Shown: positions 9,052-23,090, counted from the stretch's first letter. The stretch is DNA of 64,000 nt from Scyliorhinus canicula (GCF_902713615.1 NC_052152.1:41639810-41703809); one strand, 5' to 3'. Translations and numbers: made by a program. The notes: generated from the letters alone by a model not told the origin.

Positions 9052-12000
9052 AGAAATATAGAACATAGAACATACAACAGTACAGCACAGAACAGGTCCT
9101 CCGGCCCTCGATGTTGTGCCGAGCTTTGTCCGAAACCAAGATCAAGCTATCCCACTCCCTGTCATTCTGGTGTGCTCCATGTGCCTATACAATAACCGTT
9201 TGAAAGTTCCTAAAGTGTCCGACTCCCTATCACAGCAGGCAGTCCATTCCACACGCTAACCACTCTCTGAGTAAAGAACCTACCTCAGACATCCCTCCTA
9301 TATCTCCCATCCTGAACCTTATAGTTATGCCCCCTTGTAACAGCTACATCCACCCGAGGAAATAGTCTCTGAACATCCACTCTATCTATCCCCCACATCA
9401 TCTTATAAACCTCTATTAAGTCACCTCTGATCCCCCTTCACTCCAATGAGAAGAGACCTAGCTCCCTCAACCTTTCCTCATAAGACCTACCCTCCAATCC
9501 AGGAGCATCCTGGTAAATCTCCTTTGCACCCTTTCCAATGCTTCCACATCCTTCCTATAATGAGGTGACCAGAACTGCACACAATACTCCAAATGTGGCC
9601 TCACCAGGGTCCTGTACAGTTGCAGCATAACCCCACGGCTCTTAAACTCAAGCCCCCTGTTAATAAACGCTAACACACTATAAGCCTTCTTCACGGCTGT
9701 ATCCACTTGAGTGGCAACCTTCGGAGATCTGTGGACATGAACCCCAAGATCTCTCTGTTCCTCCACATTCCTCAGAACCCTGCCGTTGACCCTGCAATCT
9801 GCATTCAAAATTGTTCTACCAAAATGAATCACCTCGCACTTATCAGGGGTAAACTCCATCTGCCATTTTTCAGCCCAGCTCTGCATCCTACCAATGTCTC
9901 TTTGCAGCCTACAACAGCCCTCCACCTCATCCACTACTCCACCAATCTTGGTGTCATCAGCAAATTTACTGACCCACCCTACTTTACTCTTATGTGAGAA
10001 ATAAAAGAATGACCAGGGTGAGGTTAGGGCCAGTCAAGGACAATAGTGGGAACTTGTGCATGGAGTCAGAAGAGATAGGAGAGGCGTTGAATGAATACTT
10101 TTCTTCAGTGTTCACCGAGGAGAGGGGCCATGTTTTTGAGGATGAGAGTGTGATACAGGCAGGTATAAAAATCACAAATAGCAGAGGACCCAGCACTGAT
10201 CCTTGTGGTACACCGCCGGTAACTGGTCTCCAGCCTGAAAATTTTCCATCCACCACCACCCTCTGTCTTCTATATGATAGCCAGTTACTTATCCAATTGG
10301 CCAAATTTCCCTCTATCCCACACCTCCTTACTTTCTTCATGAGCCGACCATGGGGAACATTATCAAACGCCTTACTGAAATCCATGTATACGACATCAAC
10401 TGCTCTACCTTCATCTACACATTGAGTTACCTCCTCAAAGAATTTAATTAAATTTGTGAGGCAAGACTTACCCTTCATGAATCCGTGTTGACTATCCCGG
10501 ATTAAGCTGCATCTTTCCAAATGCTAATCCTATCCCTCAGGACCCTTTCCATTAACTTACCGACCACCGAAGTAAGACTAACCGGCCTATAATTATTAGG
10601 GTCATTCCTATTCCCTTTCTTGAACAGAGGAACAACATTCGCCAGTCTCCAGTCCTCTGGCACAAACCTGTGGACAGTGAGGACCCAAGATCAAAGCCAA
10701 AGGCTCTGCAATCTCATCCCATGCCTCCCAAAGAATCTTAGGATATATCCCATCTGTCCCAGGGGACTTGTTGACCCTCAGGTTTTTCAAAATTGCTAAT
10801 ACATCTTCCCTCAGAAGATCTACCTCCTCCGGCCTACCTGTCTGTATCACACTCTCATCCTCAAAAACATGGCCCCCCTCCTCGGTGAACACTGAAGAAA
10901 AGTATTCATTCAACACCTCTCCTATCTCTTCTGACTCCATGCACACGTTCCCACTATTGTCCTTGACTGGCCCTAACCTCACCCTGGTCATTCTTTTATT
11001 TCTCACATAAGAGTAAAAAGCCTTGGGGTTTTCCTTGATCCGACCTGCCAAGGACTTCTCATGCCCCCTCCTAGCTCTCCTGAGCCCATTTTTAGCTCAT
11101 TCCTTGCTACCTTGTAACCCTCAAGCAACCCAACTGAACCTTGTTTTCTCATCCTTACATACGCTTCCTTTTTCCTCTTGACAAAACATTCAACCACTTT
11201 TGTGAACCATGGTTCCCTCACACGACCATTTCCTCCCTGCCTGACAGGGACATACCTATCAAGGACACGCAGTCGTTGTTCCTTGAACAAGCTCCACTTT
11301 TCATTTGTGCCTTGCCCTGACAGTTCCTGTTCCCAACTTATGCTCCCTAATTCTTGCCTAATCGCATCATAATTACCCCTCCTCCAATTATAAACCTTGC
11401 CCTGCCGTATGGCCCTATCCCTCTCCATTGCAATAGTGAAAGACACCGAATTGTGGTCACTGTCTCCAAAGTGCTCTCCCACAAACAAATCTAACACTTG
11501 GCCCGGTTCATTACCCAGTACCAAGTCCAATGTGGCCCCACCTCTTGTCGGCCTATCCACATATTGTGTCAGGAAACCCTCCTGCACACACTGTACAAAA
11601 ACTGCCCCATCCAAATTGTTCGACCTATAGAGGTTCCAATCAATATTTGGAAAGTTAAAGTCACCCATGACAACTACCCTGGGACCTCCACACCTATCCA
11701 TAATCTGCTTTGCAATTTCTTCCTCCACATCTCTATTACTATTTGGGGGCCTATAGAAAACTCCTAACAACGTGACCGTTCCTTTCCTATTTCTAACTTC
11801 AGCCCATATTACCTCAGTAGGCAGATCCCCTTCGAACTGCCTTTCTGCAGCCGTTAAACTATCCTTGATTAACAATGCTACTCCTCCACCTCTTTTACCA
11901 CCTTCCCTATATTACTGAAACATCTATACCCTGGAACTTCCAACAACCATTCTGTCCCTGTTCTAACCATGTCTCTGTAATGGCCACAACATTGTAGTCC

Positions 12001-13055
12001 CAAGTACCAATCCACGCTCCAAGTTCACCTATCTTATTCCAGATGCTCCTTGCATTAAAGTGGACACAGTTCAACCCATCTTCCTGCCTGCCAGTACACT
12101 CCTGTGACCTTGGTACCCTCCTCAGTACCTCACTACTCTCAACACTGGCTTCTGGACTACAGCTTGCTTTCCCATCCCCCTGACAAATTAGTTTAAACCC
12201 CCTCGAAGAGTTGTAGCAAATTTTCCTCCCAGGATATTGGTGCCCCTCTGGTTCCGGTGCAAATCGTCCTGTTTGTATAGGTCCCACCTTCCCCAGAATG
12301 TGCTCCAATTATCCATGTAACTTAAACCCTCCCTCCTACACCATCCCTGCAGCCAAGTGTTTACCTGCACTCTCTTCCTGTTCCTCAACTCGGTAGCACG
12401 TGGCACCGGCAACAAACCAGAGATGACAACATGGTTTGTCCTGGCTTTTAGCTTCCACACTAGCTCCCTAAATTCCTGTTTTAAATCCCCATCCCTACTC
12501 TTACCTATGTCGTTGGTACCGATGTGTACCACGACTTGTGACTGTTGCCCCTCCCTCTTAAGGATTCGGAAAACACGGTCCGAGACGTCACGGACCCTGG
12601 CACCCGGGACGCAACATACCATCCGTGAGGCTCTTTCGTTGCCACAGAACCGTCTATCTGTTCCTCTAACTATCGAGTCCCCAATAATTATTGCTCTCCT
12701 GCTCTCCCCCCTTCCCTTCTGAGCCACAGGGACGGACTCAGCACTGGAGATCCGGTCACCGTGGTTTACCCCGGTAAGTCCCCCCACCCCACCTGTATCC
12801 AAAGCAGTATACTTGTTACTAAGGGGAACGACCACAGGGGATCCCTGTACTGACTGCTTCCTCCCAGCCCCTCTCACCATCACCAATCTATCTTCATTCT
12901 TCGGAGTAACTACATCCCTGAAGCTACTATCTATGACCACCTCTGCCTCCTGAATGATCCGAAGTTCATCCAGCTCGAGCAGAAGTTCCCTAACATGGTT
13001 CCTGAGGAGCTGGAGATGGGTGCACTTCCCACAGGTGAAGATTTCACTATTCCTG
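9052..13055 (-). mobile_element. Near full-length degenerate CR1 LINE: ORF1 with SGNH/GDSL esterase, ORF2 with APE endonuclease and RT
   Basis: ORF1 (12188 to about 13055): IIGDSIVRG, VHIGTNDIG, DDLHRNQRG. EN: CVHFNARSI, AITETWL, VMGDFNFP, SDHNSV. RT: [43 protein letters not shown]. (ttctatg)n tail. Frameshifts, an internal deletion and an inverted insertion are present. Confidence 0.93.
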
Positions 13056-13490
13056 TACACAAATCCCCTTGCGATAAAGACCAGCATTCCATTAGCCTTT
13101 CTCATTGCTTGCTGCATGGTGTCTGCCGGTATCCTGATGCTGTCCGTGCCATGCGTGTGAATGATATCCCCACAGGTTTTCTCCTGATTTCAGCCATAAG
13201 CCCAAGTATAAAAGCCGTCTCAGATCACGCAACACTGATGGCAATCTTCAACATTTCTTGGGCTACATACAACATACACTTGATCTATTGCGAGTGAAAG
13301 CTCTTGAGAGGCCCAGACGGAGTCAGTGGACAAATGATTTCCCCCTCCCCCCCCCCACCCCACTTCCATGCCGTGATGACTATGTACGAACAAGGAGCAG
13401 GAGTAGATATTTCCAGCCTGCACTGCTATTTTTAAATCCCGATGTCAACACCCATGGTGGCCACTGCCTCTTGGTGTGCCTTCTGCTGTT

Positions 13491-16400
13491 TTTTTTTTAA
13501 AATAGTTTTTATTGGAATTTTTACAGAAAATATAAAAATATAACAAGTAATAATATGCAACAAACTGCTCCATAACACCCGCAAATCCCCCCAAACCGTA
13601 ACATCACATGTATCCCACTCCCCCCACCCCCCCACCCCCCAACAAGAAAACTTAACCATAAATTAAAATTAAATAAATCAAATTTAAATAAAATAAACAA
13701 ACATAGTCATCGTCGTCCCCCTCCCCCCCGGGTTGCTGCTGCTACTGTCCCAGCACCCTATCGTTGAGCCAGAAAGTCGAGGAAAGGTTGCCACCGCTTA
13801 AAGAACCCTTGCACCGATCCTCTCAGGGCGAATTTGACCTTCTCTAGCTTAATAAACCCCGCCATGTCATTGATCCAGGTCTCCACGCTTGGGGGCCTCG
13901 CATCCTTCCATTGTAGCAGAATCCTTCGCCGGGCTACTAGGGACGCAAAGGCCAGCACACCGGCCTCTTTCGCCTCCTGCACTCCCCGCTCTACCCCAAC
14001 CCCAAAGATCGCGAGTCCCCATCCTGGCTTGACCCTGGATCCCACCACCCTTGACACCGTCCTCGCCACCCCCTTCCAGAACTCCTCCAGTGCCGGGCAT
14101 GCCCAGAATATATGGGCATGGTTCGCTGGGCTCCCCGAGCACCTGACACACCTATCTTCACCCCCAAAGAACCTACTCATCCTCGTCCCAGTCATGTGGG
14201 CCCTATGCAGCACCTTGAATTGAATGAGGCTAAGCCGCGCACACGAGGAGGAAGAATTAACCCTCTCTAGGGCATCAGCCCATGTCCCGTCTTCGATCTG
14301 TTCCCTCAGTTCCCCCTCCCACTTCGTTTTCAGCTCCTCTACTGACGCCTCTTCCACCTCCTGCATAAGCTTGTAGATATCGGATCTTCCCCTCCCCGAC
14401 CCAGACCCCCGAAAGCACTCTGTCACTCACCCCCCTCGCGGGGAGCGAAGGGAATCCCTCCACCTGCCGTCTAGCAAATGCCTTTACCTGCAGATACCTA
14501 AACATGTTTCCCGGGGGGAGCCCAAATTTCTCCTCCAACTCCCCCAGGCTCGCAAACCTCCCATCGATAAACAGGTCCCTCAGCTGTCTGATGCCCGCTC
14601 TGTGCCAACCCTGAAATCCCCCATCCATGTTGCCCGGGACAAACCTATGGTTCCCCCTTAACGGAGCCTCCATCGAGCCCCCCACTTCTCCCCTATGTCG
14701 CCTCCACTGCCCCCAAATCTTGAGGGTAGCCGCCACCACCGGACTCGTGGTATACCTCGTGGGAGGGAGCAGCCACGGCGCCGTTACCAGGGCCCCCAGG
14801 CTTGTATCCCCACAGGACGCTCTCTCCATCCGTTTCCATGCTGCCCCCTCCCCCTCCATCACCCACTTGCGCACCATCGACACATTGGCCGCCCAGTAGT
14901 ACCCCGAGAGGTTGGGCAACGCCAGCCCCCCCCATCTCTACCCCGCTCCAAGAAGACCCTCTTCAACCTCGGGATGCTATGCGCCCAAACAAATCCCATG
15001 ATGCTGCTGGTTACCCTTTTAAAAAAGGCCCTAGGGATAAAGATGGGCAAGCACTGGAAGAGGAACAAGAACCTCGGGAGAACCGTCATTTTGACAGATT
15101 GCACTCTGCCCGCCAGCGATAGCGGCACCATGTCCCACCTTTTAAATTCCTCCTCCATCTTCCACTAGTCTGGTGAAGTTAAGCTTATGGAGAGTCCCCC
15201 AACTCCTGGCCACCTGCAGCCCCAGGTACCTGAAACTCTTCACTGCCCTCCTGAAAGGGAGCCTCCCAATTCCTCGCTCTTTCCTAAATTTAGCTTATAA
15301 CCCGAAAAGCCCCCAAATTCCACTAACAGCTCCATCACCCCCGGCATTCCCCCCTCTGGGTCCGCCACATATAACAGCAGGTCGTCCGCATACAGTGATA
15401 CCCGGTGCTCCTCCCCACCCCGCACCAGACCCCTCCATCTCCCTGACTCCCTCAACGCCATAGCCAGTGGTTCAATCGCCAGTGCAAAGAGCAGGGGGGA
15501 CAGGGGGCACCCCTGCCTGGTCCCACGGTAGAGCCTAAAGTACTCCGATCTCCTTCCATTTGTGACTACACTCGCCATCGGAGCCGCGTAAAGCAGCCTC
15601 ACCCATTTGATGAATCCCTCCCCAAATCCAAACCTCTCCAGCACCTCCCACAGGTACCCCCACTCAACTCTATCAAACGCTTTATCTGCGTCCAGCGCCA
15701 CCACTATCTCCGCCTCCCCCTCCACTGCCGGCATCATGATAACATTGAGCACTCTCCGCACATTCGTATTGAGCTGCCGCTCCTTGACAAATCCTGTCTG
15801 ATCTTCGTGAATCACCTCTGGCACACAATCCTCTATCCTGGTAGCCAGGATCTTCGCCAGCAAATTAGCGTCTACGTTAAGGAGCGAGATAGGTCTATAT
15901 GATCCACTCTGCAAGGGGTCCTTATCCCGCTTTAGAATCAAAGATATCAGTGCCCGCGACATCGTCGGGGGCAAAGCCCCCCCCCCCCCCCCCCCCCCCC
16001 CCCACCCCCCATGCCTCATTGAAGGTTCGCACCAGCAGGGGACCCACCAGGTCCGCATACTTTTTGTAAAATTCCGCTGGGAACCCGTCCGGCCCCGGGG
16101 CCATACCTGACTGCATTTGTCCGATCCCCCTGACTAGCTCTTCCAACTCTATCGGCGCCCCCAGCCCCTCCACCAGCCTCTCTTGAACCCTTGGGAAACA
16201 TAGCCTGTTCATGAAGCTCTCCATCCCCTCTACCCCTCGGAGGTTCCGACCGGTACAGTTCCTCGTAAAAGTCCCTAAAGACCCCGTTTACTCTGTCCCC
16301 TTCTGCACTACATTTCCACCCCCATCCTTCACTCCACCAATTTCCCTAGCCGCATCTTGCCTACGAAGCTGATGCGCCAACATACTGCTCGCCTTCTCTC

Positions 16401-19159
16401 CATACTCATATACCGCGCCCTGCGCCCTCCTCCACTGTGTCTCCGCCTTTCTGGTGGTCAACAAGTCAAATTTGGCCTGAAAACTGCGCCGTTCTCCCAG
16501 CAACCCTTCCTCCGGTGCCTCCGCGTATCTCCTGTCCACATCCAGGAGCTCTCCCACCAGTCTCTCCCTCTCTTTCCTCTCCCTCCTTTCCCTATGGGCC
16601 TGGATGGAGATCAGCTCTCCCCGGATCACTGCTTTCAGAGCCTCCCAGACCATCCCCACCCAGACCTCCCCCGTATCATTGGTATCCAGATACCCTTCAA
16701 TGCTTCTCCGAACCCTCTTACACACCTCCTCCTCCGCCAGCATCCCCACATCCAGGCGCCAGAGCGGGCGCTGGTCCCGCGCCTCTCCCATCTCCAGATC
16801 AACCCAGTGCGGGGCATGGTCCGAAATCGCTATGGCCGAGTACTCGGCATCCTGCACCCTCGGAATCAATCCCCTGCTCAGGACGAAAAAGTCTATCCGG
16901 GAATAAACCCTATGGACATGAGAGAAAAAGGAATACTCCCGTGCTCTCGGCCTCCCAAACCTCCAGGGATCCACCCCTCCCATCTGGTCCATGTATCCCC
17001 TCAGCACTTTGGCCGCCGCCAGTCTCCTACCCATCCTTGAACTGGACCGTTCCAGTGGGGGATCCAGCACTGTGTTAAAGTCTCCCCCCATGATCAGGCC
17101 CCCTGCCTCCAGGTCCGGGATGCGGCCCAACAATCGCCTCATGAAGCCGGCATCATCCCAATTCGGGGCATATACGTTCACCAGCACCACCTTCTCTCCC
17201 TGCAGCCTACCCTTCACCATGATATATCTGCCCTCCTTGTCCGACACCACCTCAGCCGGCAGAATCGCCACCCCCCGGTTCTTCGCGTCCAATCCTGAGT
17301 GATAAACCTGCCCCACCCACCCCTTCCTCAGACGAACCTGGTCCGCCACCTTCAGGTGGGTCTCCTGGAGCATAGCCACGTCCGCCTTCAACCCCCTTAG
17401 ATGGGAAAATACCCTGGTTCTCTTAACCGGCCCGTTCAGCCCCCTCACGTTCCAGGTAATCAGCCGATCAGAGGGCAACCCGCCCCCCTCTCCCGCCGGC
17501 TAGCCACAGCTTATAAGATGTTCGCCCCAGGCCAGCACACCCCGCCCGACCTGTTCCCCATGGCGATAACGCCTCTCCTCTTCCCCCCCCCGGCCCCCAT
17601 CGGCTTCTTCCTAGTCATTCCAGCAGCAACCCGGTATCCCCCCCCCCCCCCCCCCCCCCCAGGCTAGGACCCCTCCTAGCCGTGACGCACCCTTCATGGT
17701 ACTTCCGTGAGGCAGCTGACTTCTGCTGACCCCGGCAGCTCCCGCCAAAACCTATCCCCTCCCGGCATGGGGTCATCCCCCTCTTGCCACACCTCCTTAG
17801 CATTGCTGCAGCGCGGGAAAAAAGACCCGTAGAGGCCCCGCCCCCACCTCCAGCTCCACCCCCCCGCCCCGCAGCGTGGGAAACCAGAGGAAAGCCCGCG
17901 CTTTCACAATGCCACACCCCATCCTTCTGACGCAGTTCCCAAAAATCCAGTTTCACCTCAATCCCCAGCCCCGTACAGAAGAGAACATATAAAACACAAA
18001 CCCCCAACACTCCCCACCTAACCCACAACCATACCTAACAAACAAACCCACCTGTAAACAGAGCAAACAGTAAACCAGCATACATAACACACATGTCGAA
18101 GTTAAAAAAGTTGAAACAAAACAGCAACAGCGGAAACAACGACGGCCAAAGTATGTCCCCAGGCCCTAGTTCGAGTCCAGCTTCTCCGCCTGTACAAAGG
18201 CCCACGCCTCCTCCGGGGACTCGAAGTAGTGGTGCCGGCCCTTGTACATCACCCACAGGCGCGCAGGCTGCAGCATTCCAAACCTGACCTGCTTGGCATG
18301 AAGCACCGCCTTCGTCCGGTTGAACCCGGCCCGCCGCTTAGCCACCTCCGCACTCCAGTCCTGGTAGATCCTCACTACCGAATTCTCCCATTTACTGCTC
18401 CACTCTTTCTTGGCCCAGCGCAGCACACACTCCCGGTCACTAAGTCGATGGAACCGCACCAGCACCGCCCTCGGGGGCTCATTTGCCTTGGGCCTCCTGG
18501 CCATCACTCTGTGAGCTCCCTCAAGCTCCAGGGGCAAATGGAAGGACCCCGCTCCCATCAACGAGCTCAGCATCGTGGTCACATACGCCGGGAGATCCGA
18601 CCCCTCCAGACCCTCCGCCAGGCCCAGGATCCTCAGATTCTTTCGCCTCGTGCGAACGTCCAGCTCCTCCAAGCGGTCCTGCCACTTTTTATGAAGTGCC
18701 TCATGCAGCTCCACTTTCCCCTCGAGGACCACGGCCTCCTCCTCCCGCTCAGCGGCCTGCTGCTGCAACTCCCAAATCGACACCTCCTGGGCCGCCTGGG
18801 TCCCAAGCAGCTTGTTCGTAGTTGCATTCATGGAGTCCAGCAGCTCAGCCTTCAGCTCCGCAAAACAACGCAGGAGAGAGGCCTGTTGCTCCTGCGCCCA
18901 CTTCCACCAGTCCTCAGGTGTTGCGCCGGCCGCCATTTTGTTTTCCTTCCCCCGTTTGTTTTTAAGCTGCTGCAGCTTCTTTCTTCGTCCCACTCCGGAT
19001 GAGCACCATATAGTGTCGGGCAAGTTCCTCCAGGCACCTTCCCCCACCGGGATGCGTTAAAACAGCGCTGTTTGGGGCCCTCGAAACGGCCCAAAAGTCC
19101 CTAAATAGCGGGAGCTGCCGAACGTGCGGCTTAGCTCCGCATAGCCACAACCGGAAGTC
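13491..19159 (-). mobile_element. Full-length L1-clade LINE with 14-bp TSD; ORF1 intact, ORF2 frameshifted
   Basis: TSD tgccttctgctgtt at 13477-13490 and 19160-19173. 5' end GACTTCCGG. ORF1 18166-19047 (coiled coil, RRKNLRILGLAEG, RAHR-like RRM/CTD). About 690-bp inter-ORF spacer. ORF2 17478-13758: ITWNVRGL, LQETHL, GGDFN, SDH; RT GTRQGCPLSPLLF, YADD; C-terminal CxxC...HxFWxC. A-rich tail with AATAAA. Confidence 0.96.
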
Positions 19160-19491
19160 TGCCTTCTGCTGTTAATCCTCGTTGGGAAAGGGGAGGGACG
19201 CCAGGCTCCTCATGAAGGTTTCCGGACATCCACACCCTGTGGGAATGGGGGCTTGGGGGGAGGGATCTTCGTGTCCTATCACTTTGTGGATCCTGCTGCC
19301 TGGCATCTCCCCTGTTACCCCTCCATCATCTGTTCAACGGAATCTCCCTCCAGTATCTCAACCTCTCTCCCCATTCATTCACGGTGGTATCTCCCAATAC
19401 CCCCCTCCTCCCCCAGCTTGATCGTCACTTCCAGAGCCTTCATCCTGAGTTTTTGTAGCTCAACTAACTAGAATGACTTCCAAGTGTGGTC

Positions 19492-19774
19492 TGTGATGTA
19501 CCATCAATTCGACTCAAGACACATTTAGGATCCGAACGGTGGCTTTAATCAGCTAGTTGTTAGCCCGATGGTCGACTACAGAGAATGGCCGACCGCCGGG
19601 AACTCTGGGTACTTATACCCCGCCTCGGAGGAGGAGCCTACTTGCCTCTCGACCAATTGGAGAGCAGTCACATGACTAGTCCCAACCAATCGGATGAGAG
19701 GCACATGACCAGCCAGAGCCAATAGGAAGCCAGTGCTCTGCGCCAATGGCAGTCCTCATATCCATACCACCACA
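19492..19774 (-). mobile_element. Solo LTR, family A
   Basis: TG...CA ends. Shared ccatcaatt start and cacca end with 23922 and 61353. Minus-strand TATA-like, CCAAT and ATTAAA motifs. Confidence 0.55.
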
Positions 19775-19805
19775 TTCTGCTACAGCACTTAAAAGCTTTT
19801 GAGCG

Positions 19806-20270
19806 GCACCGGGGTCCCAGGTTTGATCCCGGCTCTGGGTCACTGTCCGTGTGGAGTTTGCACGTTCTCCCCGTGTTTGCGTGGGTTTCACCCCCACAAC
19901 CCAAAGATGTGCAGGGTAGGTGGATTGGCCAATGTAAATTGCCCCTTAATTGGAAAAAACTGTACTCTAAATTTATTTTAAGAAAGCTTATGAGCGCAAC
20001 CACGCAGTTATTATTAGCTCCGCCATTCAATCATGACTGATATTTTTCAGGGCACGTGGCGGCGCAGTGGTTAGCACTACTGTCTCACGGCACCGAGGTC
20101 CCAGGTCCGATCCCTGCTCTGGGTCACTGTCCGTGTGGAGTTTGCACATTCTCCCCGTGTTTGCGTGGGTTTCGCACCCACAACCCAAAGATGTGCAGGG
20201 TAGGTGGATTGGCCTCGCTAAATTGCCCCTTAATTGGAAAAAATGAATTGGGTACTCTAAATTTATATTA
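19806..20270 (+). mobile_element. Two tandem tRNA-derived HE1/V-SINE-type SINEs; the first is 5'-truncated
   Basis: gggcacgtggcggcgcagtggttagcac head (A box), ggtccgatccc (B box), and gggtcactgtccgtgtggagtttgcac core. Confidence 0.85.
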
Positions 20271-20877
20271 AGAGAAGCTTTTGAGCGCAGCCACCCAGTT
20301 ATTATTAGCTCAGTTTAAAAACAATGTTATACCAAAGGAAGAAGCGGTGAACACTGATGATGTTTCAGAGTGTCACTAAAAAAAACCTTTCCTTTCCATG
20401 CAGTTAAAAAAAATTGTATTTCCTGTATAGCAGGTTACTCACAAAGTTCCACCTAAGTGATCAAGGCACCTGAAGCGCATTTTTTAAATGCTGAATGCCT
20501 ACTCGAGGGTACGCCTGGTGATAAAATGGCTGCTGTAGTGGTTGAACACTGGGCTCCTAAATGGGGTCATTATCCAAATTCTTAAGGGATTGCTCTTGTC
20601 CCCTGAAAGCTAACCATGGATTTGTGAATGTGGCTGAAATAGCTGAGGGAGTTGGGAATTCCTTAGGATGAGAGCCTTGTGACAGCTCCAAGGGAACCTC
20701 ACACACATACACATGAAGGAAGACTGTTGTGGTCATGATCCATCTGTACGTTGAGTGAGTGGAAGGACTTTCAGTTGATGAAGGTATTAGAATGATGATC
20801 TGGAGCCTTTAAGGGAATGTGGGTGCAATTGATAACACCCCGTGCCTGAGGGAAGACTGTAACTGGACAAAGACCAT

Positions 20878-21466
20878 GGCCGGGTTTCTCCAATAATGGG
20901 GCTATGTCCCCACGCCCGCGAGAAAATGGGTGGCAATCATTTTCTACAAAGTCCGGAGTGATTCTCCAATTCTAAAGGGGCTGGCAGGGCCGTGGAGTGT
21001 TCCACGCAGCTCCGGCTGCCAATACGGGGCCCTGCACTTCCGGCCGCGGGTCCGCATGACATGGCGAGCCCAAACAGCTGGCCGGCGCCAAAGAAGTTGG
21101 GCCCCACCCGGTTCGCGCGCCGATCGGTGGCCCCCGGTCGCGGGCCTGACCGTGGTGGAGGCCCCACCCAGTGAGGGATTCTCCCGCCTCCCACCAGGAT
21201 GGCCATCGCAGCCGCGACTCCCAGATCCCACCGGATGGAAACATACGTGAACCACGCCGGCGGGAACTCGGCCAGTTGTCCGCGGAGAACAATTCTCCAC
21301 GCGGGGACCTCTTTCAACAGACTCCAACCAGCGGCGCGTCAACCACGCGACTGGTGGTGATTCTCCAGTCGCCGGAGAATCGTGGGAAGGTGTCGGACCC
21401 GATCGCGGATCCGACGCCCCATTCTCTGCCACGATGGAGGTGTGGAGGCTCGCAGAATCCCAGCCC
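20878..21466. mobile_element. Harbinger-type MITE
   Basis: ggccgggtttctcc ... cagaatcccagccc termini, GC-rich interior. Confidence 0.65.
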
Positions 21467-22660
21467 ATCGCTCTCTGTTTCTGAGGTGCCAAAATTACAG
21501 GGAAAATAATGTGACCACCCACCTGAGTAAACCAGGTGTTAGTTCCAGCCTTAATGTGGTTGTGTGTGACTAGAATATAATAGAGAGGTTCCATTATGAT
21601 CCCTAGAAGATCCTGAGGCATAAAGGTTGAGAGCGATGATTACCTTCACAGCCACTGGCAATGCATGGAGAAATGAATGGATTGTGGCTTGGGTTGCTGC
21701 TGGACCAGGCATCACAGCGCATGGCTAAGCCTCAGTCACCTTAGATATTGGCTTTCCATCCATCATGTTGAGGTCAGATACCCTAGGCCTGGGAACATTT
21801 CCCACTACGTAGTACCCGGTTTCCCTGCATCTTGTCTTCCTCTTTCATGGTGCACTGTTAAGAACCCGGCTGATGTTAAATGCAAAACCCAGAAGGGTAA
21901 CTTGGAACATCGGTGATGTATATTTTGAACTTGGTGTACTGTGGGAAAAGATATGCAAACCAGAGAGGAATAGTCCAGTCATTTTGTGTTTAAGAAAGAA
22001 TATTTATTAACTTAAAAGAAAAAGACATGACAAGATGGACTATAACACACTACAACAGTACACTTCACTACACTGATGGCTAAACACACAGTATCTCATG
22101 AAGTTACCCCCTTGTTCCCAACTACCTACATTTGCTGAACTCCGAGATGCCCCTTGTTCCCAAACAGCCTCCAAATGTGTATAACTCTATGAGCCAAATC
22201 AAGCAAATAATTACCACGCACAGGTTATCTGTCCACGTTTGGGAAAACCGTCTTCAGTTTTAGTGAAAGCGTTACCTTCCCAGTTTGAATTTTGGATTTT
22301 AACCAACACCCTTTTAGCAATAACCTGTTTTTAGGGGAGACTGTTTTCTGCAGCTGGGTGTGGCTGTGATGGTAGCCGCCTCGACTGTGTCCCTTTCTCC
22401 AGTTACTGTGCTACGGATATATCATTATTTACCATTGATGTGACCCACCTTGTGGTTCTGGCCTTTTAGCATATAAGTCAATTCCCTTATCTCCTACTTT
22501 GAAGTCATCTTTTCTAAACCTCATTGTTTTCCCCGAGTCACATAGATAAACATTTGCGTTTCTGACTGGTACGCTAATCTGAATATCAAAACCCCCTTCA
22601 GACAACTGCCCTTATCAATTCCCCTTTCTATTTTATTTTTTCCCATTTCTTTGTTTTTGA

Positions 22661-23090
22661 TAAATTTAAAATACCCAATTAATTTTTTTCCAATTAAGGA
22701 GCAATTTAGGGTGACCAATCCACTTATCCTGCACATCTTTGGGTTCTGGGGGCGAAACCCACGCATTTTTTTAGGACCGGAGGAGGTTGAGAGGCGACTT
22801 AATAGAGGTTTATAAGATGATGAGGGGGAGAGATCGACTGGACGTTCAGAGATTATTTCCTCGGTGGATGTAGCTGTTACAAGGGAGCAGTGGTTAGAGT
22901 GTGGAATGGACTGCCTGCTGTGATAGTGAAGTCAGACACTTTAGGAACTTTCAAGCTGTTATTGGATAGGCACATGGAGCACACCAGAATGACAGGGTGT
23001 GGGGTAGCTTGATCTTGGTTTCGGACAATGCTCGGCACAACATCGAGGGCCGAAGGGCCTGTTCTGTGCTGTACTGTTCTATGTTCTATG
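22661..23090. mobile_element. SINE fragment (minus) followed by a CR1 3' end (plus)
   Basis: SINE 3' portion reversed at about 22661-22765. CR1 3' UTR with ttctatgttctatg tail ending about 23090. Confidence 0.7.

Noticed and set aside
15977-16010. Long poly-C/poly-G runs here and at many other sites as functional elements
   Set aside because: The sister L1 copy has only a short C-rich stretch here. These are homopolymer expansions or long-read artefacts.
20050-20125. tRNA genes
   Set aside because: The A/B-box heads continue into SINE cores; these are tRNA-derived SINE heads, not tRNAs.
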